A stretch of 51,276 nt of DNA, filler included, from Jimgerdemannia flammicorona (Eukaryota), in the NCBI GenBank assembly GCA_003990765.1. It is 2 parts of 2 records of this genome, joined end to end, with 100 filler letters (N's around TTAATTAATTAA, not from the genome) between each part and the next. Parts side by side here need not be neighbours in the genome. Positions count along the whole stretch, not along the records: positions 25,689 to 51,276 come from RBNJ01000817.1; 1 more part is not named here. The stretch is one strand, 5' to 3'. The notes beneath the pieces were generated by a model that saw only the letters and a list, made by a program, of their open reading frames with translations, searched no databases and was not told the origin of the DNA. This document shows positions 38,931 to 49,100 of this stretch, one piece after another (the stretch's first letter is position 1; each line of letters begins with the position of its first letter). The translations under genes and the position numbers were made by a program.

Positions 38931-40194
38931 ATGGGTCCCCCTTGCTTCCATCCCTTTAACGACAACTACCTCCCTTCCGAAATCATTGAGCAAATCGTTC
39001 AGTACCTCCCCGGCCACCTACTATTCGAGCTCAAAGACATCTGTGTGGCCCTCTCTGAACCTTGTCGAGACTGCCTCTTCAAGTACGCTTACAAACTCGG
39101 TCTCGTACCCTTATGCGCTCCGAAGTTTCCCTTACTCGAGAAAGTCGACAATGACCCGCTGGGATGGCGTCGTGAAGCTCCATGGGGTATGTGCTCGGGC
39201 CTTTTCGCATGCAAGCGCAGCGTCAACAACGTATACGAGCACATGGCGCTCAGCGTCCGGGACCTGTTCCATATTGCTGGATCCAAGGGTAACGAGCGAG
39301 GGGTGCGCGAGATGTGGGACGTAATTAGCGTGCTTCATTTGGACGAGGAGGCGTTGTTCAGCCAGGTCGTGAAAGATTTCCACGAGGTGCTTGATATCGG
39401 TGGCAAACCCAGCCAGATTGCTCTATGGAACGCGTACATCGAGTCAGAGTATTATGACCGCAACGTGGGGTAGGTTTTGTTGGATATAATATCCTTCCAG
39501 AGTCTTTACTTCTCCTTTTTTGTACATGTCGCGCAATGCACTCATCAACAAATGAACATACTCTCCGCTTCCAAGCTTTCAAATCAACGCAAATTTCCAG
39601 ATCTATATCAATTCTCTCTACAACCGATATTACGTCCAATATCGAGGCGGCTCCAGGCCACCATTCAACGAAAGAGTCGAAACCTGTTTGATCGGTAATG
39701 ACGCCATCTTCCGAAATATTGGCCGGTATCGTGTCATGCTGGCCAGATTCTGGGCGCTCAGGCATCAGTTATTTCCGTTCGACTACGATGAAAATCGAGT
39801 ATGGTTCGACAGGCGGAGGGACATGGTGGAGGATCTGGAGAAGTATGAGGCTGTGAGTGCGAAACCGTTTGTGAACGAATGCCAGAGGCGGATGTGGTGC
39901 GCCAAGTGGAAGGCGGAGAGAGATGGATCGGATAAGCCGGTGGAGGGGGTGAAAAAAAGTTTGGCGGAGCAGAAGTGGGAGAAGCGGAAGGAGGAAGTTT
40001 CGAAGCAGCTTAAAATCGAACAGGAGAGAGAAGAGAGTCGGAAGAAAAGAATCGAGCAGAAGAAAAACCAGAGCAAAAAAAAATCGACCTCGACATCGAC
40101 AAGCGTGGTTGAGATTAAGGGAGAAAGTTCGAAGCACAAGGGCAAGAAAAAGAAAAATTGGGTTCGGCCCTTGAAACCGACATCAGATAAATAA
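38931..40194 (+). CDS. Putative F-box domain protein with Lys-rich coiled-coil C-terminus
   Basis: ATG 38931; N-terminal LPSEIIEQIVQYLP..LL..L..IC fits the F-box pattern. An intron 39465-39600 (GTGGGG...TTCCAG) joins the two long ORFs in frame. CpG-normal composition. The donor site is weak. Confidence 0.6.
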
Positions 40195-41188
40195 TTGCAC
40201 TTTGTATAATTATTACGTGTATAAAAAAAAAAAAAAAAAACAATTATATCCAAATAAACCAAATCTTTACCGTTTGTAAAATTTATAATAGAAATGGACT
40301 TTAAAGTACAATTTTACATGTCCCCTTCTTGCAGCAAATACAACACATGGTTCATGCAGTGGCCCGGGTTAGTCAGATAGGTGCATCATGCTACATCCTA
40401 AACAACTGCTCTTATGATTCCATCGATCCGCTCAGCTTGATGGCAAGAATCTATATCGATACTTCTCCACGGACGACCCACTCGTCGCTCGAAGACATAA
40501 ACGTTCCGTCATTGAAACGCCCTCCAAAAAACCAACCCGTCGACTGGACGTATGGCGTACTATTCTCGCCCCACGCTCGAATCCTTGCTGTCTTGCTCCT
40601 CGATCTCGTTGTGGGTTTTCATAACTGCCCAAATGTGGTTGTGTTTAGCCAACTTTCCAGTGTCGAGCTCTAGCGCCCTCACCAATATGGTGTCATTCCA
40701 GTTCTGTTTGAGGATTTCCCGTCGCGGTCGAAGTAGTTTCATGCTCGAGGAGTCAGAGCCAAGTTCTTGTGGCGAGCGTCCCAATTTACATCTTCATCCA
40801 TTCCCAACTATGATTTCGTCATATATTGTGATGCTGGAGCGTGATTGTTACAGGACGCAATAGCGGCAGCTTGGAGACCTTCTGCCACAATCCTTTCCGG
40901 GCAGGATTCTAGGTACTTCTTTGAGCCCAATTCTTACGTGCTAATTTGAATTTATTATCAGCTTTAATCACAATCGGCCAAACGATAAGTTCACAAATTG
41001 CCATAGTATAAGGATACAGCAATAGAGAATGTCTTTTGCTTACAACGACACTAATTGATCACTGGCACAGTTGCTTGCGAACCTCAACTGAACAGTCAAA
41101 GTCGCAGGGCCGACAGGTTATATATAACACAAAAACTATTACATTGTACCCAGCGAATAGAACAGTAATTGACGATCCAAAGAAATAT

Positions 41189-41255
<67 letters not shown>

Positions 41256-41569
41256 CCTTAGGAAGTAGACCCTTGCCAATATTCAAAGCAAATATCGTAA
41301 TATTGCAAATATTCCTTGATACTCTTTTGTTGATTAGCCTGCTCTTCTGTTTGCCCCATGAGCGTTCAGCTTGTTTACTTTGATCTAGGATCTATAGCGT
41401 CCGACCAGTCCGAGTAGGGCGGACGATGATAAAGTGTGCTCCCTGAATTTACTTCTACATTTTTGCGGCTACATACACCCAATTATATAGCCCGCTTACA
41501 TTCGCTATTCTTGTGCTGCTCTTTGTTATGCTCCGTTATAGTCGCCGAAAAACACTGCGCCACAAATAC

Positions 41570-43048
41570 ATGGTCGCGCAATCCAACAGTGGTCTTAACC
41601 TCAAGGATGACATCGCCTCTATATGGAAAGACACATCATACCACGACGTAACCATCGTCTGTGCTGATGGTGTCGAGCTTGGCGCTTGCTGTGCTGTACT
41701 GGCAGCAAGGTGTTCGATTGTTTTCTTGATTGTGTTTCATGGTCTTTATATCTATCTCATATTAATTCATGTCATGTGGTCCAAAGGTGCCCCCCGTCTT
41801 CAAGGCAATGCTGTACAGAAACATGCATGAGAGTATTTCCCAGCGCATCATCCTCCACGACATCAACTCTGCAGCGCTCAATGTCGTCCTCAACTTCATC
41901 TACACCGAATCGATCGAAAACACCAGCATAAACATCGTGGTAGACATCTACCGCGCAGCGAGCTTTCTTCTCCTCCCAAAGCTCATGGAAATGGCATTAA
42001 AGAGCGTCCAAAACATTTCCGACTTCGGTGTCTCTTCGTCTCTCCTCAACGTGGCCGCCGCCTCTATCCCATGGAGTGAGGCCAGCAAGGAGCTCTATGC
42101 CGTGTTCCTCAAGCCCCTCTACACTCGCAAGCTCGCCATAGGAGAGTTGACAAACCTCTCCAATGAGGCTATTGAGCTTCTCTTTACTGCGCCCTGCGCG
42201 ACTACCTTCGCCATTTCCGAATACGACCTGCTTCTGTGTATCGTCGATTGGGCCTGGGCACATGCCGAAAAACCGGGACCCGACGTTGCCGAGCGTCATG
42301 GTGTCTTGCGTGATGTTGCTAATATAGTCCCGGGATGCGAAGGCAAAATTCGGTGGGAAAATGACTCGTTGCTGAACATGATGAGACATCTGGACCTCAC
42401 CCTTGTGTGCCCGCATCGCTTGAAGAGTCTCACGGAAGCGGTCGATGGGTTTGCAGAGACATCTCCGCACTACATGGCCTTTTGTCACCACGCATGCAAA
42501 AATACCGTGTGCCCAATCGGGCACCCGTCCGGATATCGCGGACTTCAGTGGGATCAATCGAAGATCGGTTCGCACATTGGCGTCTGTGATGATGGCAAGG
42601 TCGTGGAGTTTTCTGTCGGGACGCCGACATCGGTGAGGCAGACGGCGCGAATCTCCATCCCTGGGACGACGACTCAGGAGGGGCTGTGCGAATGGGACAT
42701 AGTGGTCGAATCTGTTGCATCACCTACCTGGGGTGGGATCAGCGAGATCGGGTTAGTGGGAGAGGAGTTCACTGACTTCAATTCCCACATGGAGAACGGC
42801 ATGGGTATTCCAGACTTGGTCGAACACTCGACATGTACTAGGGTCGGGAAAAATCCGTGGCTATGGCGTTAATCTTCAGAGTGGTGATGTAGTGACTTTG
42901 CATCTGGATAATGAAAAGCATACTTTCTCCTTTTCCGTTAATGGGATTAATCACGGAATTGCATGGACCAACCTTCCGGAGAAGGTGTATATACCCTGCC
43001 GTGACTTTGAGAGCTGAATCCAAGTATCGGATAAAAGATCGGCATTAA
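41570..43048 (+). pseudogene. BTB/POZ plus SPRY-like domain gene with three apparent frameshifts
   Basis: BTB: YHDVTIVCADG...AVLAAR-C-PVFKAML...ES....I.LHDINSAALNVVLNFIYT. SPRY: GLCEWDIVV, IGLV, GYGVNLQSGDVVTLHLDNEKHTFSFSVNG.NHGIAW.NLP...YPAVTL. Intron 41710-41786. Frame breaks at C-run 41790-41795, ~42790 and TA-run ~42990. Confidence 0.8.
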
Positions 43049-44291
43049 TTTTATTTCCCCTCCCCTTTATGAATACAATCATCTTCATTGCTTTGTGGAG
43101 TGATGCATATTGTGTGAATTTATATGTATATATTCTTTTAGGCATTTACTTGAAAGCGGGCATGCCTTTTATTTATGATTTCATAAATATTCCGGTTCTC
43201 ATTTTGTGCTCTCCCCAATTAACGATGTACAAAAACCCTTCGGTAATTTATGTGCTAAGAATTTCGCCAAAGTCGCAATCGCTATATTCATTTTACAAAT
43301 TGTTCCATTTAGAAATGTGGGCACATGATTATCGCGCAAATTTGTATTCATTTCCGCAGCTCGTGCATTTTACAACAATTGCGAAAACACATGCTTATGG
43401 GTGAAACAACGCTATTGGCCATAACTTCCATAGACTTCGTACCGATACTATTCTGGTTGCATTTATCATGAATTCACCCAACATTTTTTTTATTTTCAAA
43501 AATAAATAAATAAATACACTGGATTGACATAGTGGCAAATTGCTGTCTCAACCGAGCTGTGGGCAATAAGCTAGCCGAATGTGATATATCAGTAGTGCAA
43601 AATATTATTTTAGCGCCTCAGTAAGACCGCGAACGAACGATTGCTCTTATAGTCGCCATTGAATGGAACTCGTTCAGATAGATTCACGAGGTTTTAGTGC
43701 TCTTGGTATTGGGCCTTCACCGACTCGCCGACGATGTCAGCGGTCTGCTCGGCGAAGAAGATCAGCTTGGTTGCAGCCGAAATTCTACTCGAAATGTGTG
43801 TCGTACCTGGCAGGAAGACAGTAACATGCTTTCTCGAATTCCGTCTGCGAAAACCGATTTGGGCACGAGTCGCTACGTCACAGTTCACCTTGCGAAGAGG
43901 ATGGATCTCGACGGTGGGCGGATTCTCGGCGAGAAATCTCAGTGAAATGATCACGGTGTAAAAAAAAATTTGCAGAAGGATCTCAGCAACTGGAGTGATG
44001 TTGTAGAGGGATCTCGGCGGAGAGATCTCAGCTCGCTGAAATCCTTCGTCGCTAAGATCGCTCTCGCCAGCCGGGATTTCCCGCCACTCTCTAATCTCCC
44101 CGCCGAGCTCCCCCTTCCCTCGCTAATCGAGGTCGTCATCCTAACTGACATCCCACTCTACCAACCTCCCGCCTAGACTTTTGTCATCCCCTCTACCCTC
44201 CAAGAACTCCCAGCACTCTCTCCGCTAGCCAGAAATCCCTCCGCCCACTAGTGTCAATATTTATATATTTATCAAGTTCAGTACGGTTCAC

Positions 44292-44342
<51 letters not shown>

Positions 44343-44773
44343 CGCGCCGTGCCTTAGTCGTATCATGGTCTCAAATCTTTGGACTTCGTGTATTATCAAG
44401 CAAAATCGTTGCAGTACAGTAAAAAGCCTCCTAACAACCAATTTCCAAATCACTTAAAGCTCGCTTCCTATGTGGAAGACGACAAACGTGCCAGTGAATA
44501 GTAAGTATACGGAAAATACAGAACAGCAAGCACGGATATGTTAGCTGATTGCGGAAGTGGGCATAAGGATCTGTCAGAAAATTGGGAGGCTTTCTACTTA
44601 CCCATGATGTCCCGTCCGCATCCTCCGCTCTGACCTCGTAACCGTGATTTCCGATGAGCGTGCTACTACCTTTGAGAAAGTGGTCGGTCGCAAGGTGGCG
44701 GAGTGTGAAGGCCTGATTGATTTGCCAATTCTACACAAGAGAGAGTAATATGAGTTTTGCACTACGGCTCGGA

Positions 44774-44820
44774 GCATCCAAACGGTCATCCAAACGGTCA
44801 TCCAAACGGCCATTCAAACT
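44774..44820. repeat. 12-bp tandem repeat (CATCCAAACGGT) x~4
   Basis: Directly visible; lies in the inferred intron between MIR2 and MIR3. Confidence 0.9.
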
Positions 44821-45315
44821 TGATTCTCTCAGCAAAAAGTAAAAAAGAACATTGCCTGCTCTCCGGCAGTGAGGGGCCTCTCAACGATCCAATGGTCATT
44901 ACTGTCGGAGTCCTCATAACCAGTCACTTCCTGGCCTACCCCGCTGGGGGGCGAGTTCACTTTATGGGAGTGAAGCTTTCGGCCGGTCGGGACGTGCCGG
45001 AGCCGGATGATGTCATTATAGCGGACGGGCAGAATCAGAGAGCCGGCAACACGGTCCATAGGATGCGAACTGTGGGTAATTTGCTGTCCGCAAAGACCTG
45101 GAAATTGCTCGTTATATCAGTTGTCCTTGTGAGGCCATCTCTCGTTCGTCCGATATCAATGGCTCACCATGTGCTGTCCGCACCCGTCGCTGTGCGTATA
45201 CTTTGCGTCCTTCGTGATCAGGTATCTCCATGTCCCAAGCGAAGAATATTTGAGGACAATTCTGTCTCCATACATATGACATTAGGCGGTGTTTGGCCGG
45301 CGTGGTTGTCGGCGT

Positions 45316-45436
45316 GATGGTGGCAGTGGTTGTCGATATGACGGTGGCAGTGGTTGTCGATATGACGATGGCAGTGGTTGTCGATATGACGGTGGCAGTG
45401 GTTGTCGATATGATGGTGACAGGAGCTGTCGATATG
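45316..45436 (-). repeat. 24-bp coding tandem repeat x~5 encoding VISTTTAT
   Basis: GA(C/T)G(G/A)TGGCAGTGGTTGTCGATAT repeated with period 24. Confidence 0.95.
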
Positions 45437-46104
45437 CCGGCATTAAAAATATTGACGATAGTCGCGGATAATCTTGTTGCGACAAATGCTAGAATGACCA
45501 GGATAATGCTCAAGAACGCCAACGGGTTCTCGCTCACCCCTAAGACGAGAAATATAAGTGAAAAGTGAGCGTGAAATAGCGATTCTGTATTAAACAAAGG
45601 TGAACTCACAAGTTAGTGTGACATGCAGCCCGCAGCGCCTCCGCGCACTCCTACATGTTCAACTGACAACAGTTTCTGGTTAAGGGATCTTCGGTACTTC
45701 ACAGAATATAACATGAAGCAGCAGAGATTCCCACCTTTTAAAAATCGACTTTACCAAAAGTGTCTTTCCTAAGCTGCATTATCGACAGACGTGGTATTTA
45801 GCCAATGTCACGTCACACATCACGGGACATCTGGCTGATGTCGCAGCTGCATTACAATTGAGGAAACTATAAAGTATTCATCTAAAATTATTTCATCTAT
45901 AAATATGTTGTAGCAACAAGAATATTTTACAGTTGTTATATTATCAGTCGCCAACGATATTAGCGGTCTTCTCGTTAAAGAAGCGTGTGCCGTATCTGGC
46001 AGGAAAACAGTAACATGCTTAGAGATAGACGAACAATTTGCACACTTTTGCTCAAACCATTCGGAGCGAGCTAAGCCACACGGACATCTTTTCGCGAAAA
46101 GCAA

Positions 46105-49100
46105 CACGTTTTTAAGTTTTCACTTTGCCTATATTGGTGTACAAGGTGCAGCAGGAGTCTGGCAACAATTCACAATAAGTTTCATTAAAATCCATCAAGT
46201 TTTTGAGCTATGGTAACCCAGGGTTCATCAAGCTCAGAGTGCCTGGAGAGGAGGAGGCCTGGCCTGGGTCTCTCCAAGAGTTTCACAGCAGCTGTCAAGA
46301 ATTTCAAGGTGGGGATGGCAAGGTGCCTGAGATGGGACCCATGTGTGGTGGGAAGAATTGCTGATACTGAGCAGACAGGAGACCAAGATAGTGATCACCA
46401 AGGCTCTGGAAGGCTTTGGTAAGATGGTAAATTTTGGATTTATATTTTGGGAGAGCATGAAGTTGAGGAATAGCAATTGCAAGGTGATGGTATAGCTGGA
46501 GGAGAAGGAGGCAATGGGTTTGGGGCAAGACTGGCCAGAAGTCATTTATATTAGGGAGTAGGAATATTGGGTTTGGAGGAGGAAAGGCTCCAAGTAGGAA
46601 GAGGAGGAGCTGCTGATAGCCCTTGAGGAGCATAATGAGGCAAAGACTCTGTGGAAGATAAAATGGAAGGAATTTGCTAAAGATTGGATCTGGATTGAGA
46701 CAGATGGAAAGAGGAAGCACTAGTATAAGGCAAACTGAGAGTGGCTGCAGGCAGTATTATAAGTGTCTACAGAGGAGGAGGTTGAAAGAATGGCATCTGA
46801 CAGGAATCAAATGAAAGGAGTGGAGGCAGCTGAGGTGTCCTTCTTGCAGCTGGGGGGAGTGGGAGAATCTGTATATATACCTATAATAGGGAAGTGGGCA
46901 GATAGTGAGGAAGAGCAAGGAGCAGGCTTCAAAGAAAATGTTGAGGTGGTTCCAGAAACTCAGATAGAGGACACAGTGATAGCTAGATCAGCGAATGTAC
47001 ACTGGGAATATTCTGAGATAGGAGAGGTGGTGAGGTTGGATAAGGTCTCTGAGGAGGACAAGCTGGTGGATGTTACTTCTGATATATCTGCAGACAGAAA
47101 ATTGCTTCAGGAGCTGTGCAGGACTCCTAGACCCATAACTCTAGAGCTGCTGGTAATGGTAGCAGATGGCTAGTTCCAGGCAGTCCTAGAGGAACTAGCA
47201 GAGGATGACATTAAGAAAGTAAATGTATTTCAGGATTCTCCAAAGGCTTGGGAAGGATTTCTCAAGGTGGTATTGCAAGGATCAAAGCTGGTGACTGCCA
47301 TGGTAGCAGCCCTTCTAGAGGATGAAAGATATGAGGTAGATGATACCAGAATGGCAGAGATTCATAAGGTGGCATCAGAGCAGATAGACTCCTTCTGTGG
47401 TAGTGTCAATGGCAAGAGAATTTGGTGAGCAGTCTATAAGGAGCATTGAGACATCATTAAAGGCAGAGCTGAGAAGGTGGTGGTAGTGGCAGCTGATATC
47501 TAAACTCCAATTTTTCATAATGAAGTACAATCTACGAATTCTGTCAATCAATGTCAATGGTTTATGAGATGGGGTGAAGTGGCAGCATCTCTTTTGATGG
47601 TTGAAAGTCTGGAAGTATAATGTGGTGTTTCTTCAGAATATTCAGCCCTATGGTAAGGAGGACTATGAGTTGTGGAGTAAGAAATGGTTTGGAGATACTG
47701 GCTGGAGTAAGCAAGTTGGTATTCTAGTTGGAGTTGGAAAGGGGGAGTTAGTTGATGTGAAAAGATTTGGTAATTGTCTGGTGTAGAGAAGGCTGAAGAG
47801 AGGGAAAGGAGATGGACTCTTGGTGGGCTCCATATATTTACCAGTAGTTGGCAGAGAGCAAAAGCAATGAGTGGAGCTTGGGAGGATTGGGCAGCTCTAG
47901 GGTTGAATATTCTGGGGGGTGATTTCAATATGGTAAGAGACTATGTACTAGATTGGTCTAATGGTGGAGCTGGTATAGCAGTTTCTCTAGAGCTGTCTCA
48001 GTGGCTTCAGGTGGAAAAGGGCATAGGATTGGTGGATAGTGTACAATTGAGGGTGGGAGATGAGTCAGGGCCCTTTACCAGGTGGCATTTAATAGACAAT
48101 GAGATGGTTGGAATGCAGATTGATTGAGTACTGGTAGCTAAATATTGGGGTAATGTCTTCAACACAGTTGGGATATGGTAGTGCCCTTAGTCAGACTATT
48201 GGGGAGTTGAGGTGTGTGGAAGATTCCAGACTGTTAATGGAGGAGGTGGGTGCTGGCATCTTAATGTAGCTTTGCTCTAGCAGCCAGTGGAATAGGAGTA
48301 ATTTATATATTTGGCCAGACAAGAAGTAGAGCAATGGGTGGCTGGTGGCCTGCCTATTGCTGATTGGTGGAGCTGGTTTAAATACCTTACAGGTGCATAT
48401 TGATGAGACACTGGGGAGGTGGCAGGAAGGGAGCAAAAGGACAAGGAAAGGAGAGTTGAAAGAGGTTTGCAGTGATGACTGAAGTTGCTAAAAGATGGAT
48501 CACTGATAGAAGAGAAGAAATGTCAGCTTGCTAGAGAGATAGTCAACTTACAGTCAGCTTTAAAAGAGGCTGAGGATAGGGCTGTAGATAGACTCCTGGT
48601 GTACCTGAGGACTAGGTAACTGGAAGAGGGTGAGTGACTGATGAAATACTTATCTGATGTCTTAAAGGCTAGAAAAGTGCAACACAGCTGGTCTTCAGTA
48701 TTACGAGAAGATGGCGTTGAGGTTACCAGTGTGGCAGATATATTAGAGGAGGTTTCTGGATAATAGCAGACCCTCTGGAGTGATGATGATAGGAGAGGGG
48801 GTGCTGGGGTAGAGGATGTTGCTGAGGCACCTCTTATACATAACTGGCCAGTGGTGCTACTGCCAGAGATCAGGGCTTTGGTATTAGACAGAGTGTCTTT
48901 GGAGGAGGTGTTGGAGGTTTTGCAGAAGGCACCTGGTGGTTTATTGCCAGGTGAGGATGGCCTCTCTTAGGAGTTTTGGAAGGAGTTTCAGGTGAAATTT
49001 AGAGCTTAGCTTATTGAAATAGTTAATTATATACTAGAAGAAGGATGGTGGATTGGAAATGGAAGCTTAGGACTGGTGTCTCTGCTGTATAAGGAGAAAG

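Larger units (their letters stand above)
44450..45540 (-). pseudogene. Transmembrane segment + Thr-rich stalk + three MIR motifs (SDF2/PMT-like beta-trefoil), two apparent frameshifts
   Basis: Hydrophobic LAFLSIILVILAFVA; (VISTTTAT)n; MIR1 YGDRIVLKYSSLGTWRYL...GQHMV; MIR2 VRYNDIIRLRHVPTGRKLHSH...GQEVTGY..SDSNDHWIVE; MIR3 FTLRHLATDHFL. Frame breaks at a TATG duplication (45269-45276) and ~45035. Start codon not resolved. Confidence 0.75.

Noticed and set aside
39489..39496. ATATCCTT U12-like donor in the F-box gene
   Set aside because: Lies downstream of the in-frame stop, has no matching branch site or AC acceptor, and falls inside a simpler GT-AG intron.
40340..40800. Possible hAT transposase relic on the minus strand (HCMNHVLYL resembles the CxxH motif)
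   Set aside because: Single short motif with broken frames and no TIR or TSD; needs a profile search.
44280..44344. AGTACG as a TSD around the A41 run
   Set aside because: Only 6 bp; compatible with chance.
45316..45436. Regular repeat array resembling CRISPR
   Set aside because: No unique spacers; a period-24 coding repeat in a eukaryote.
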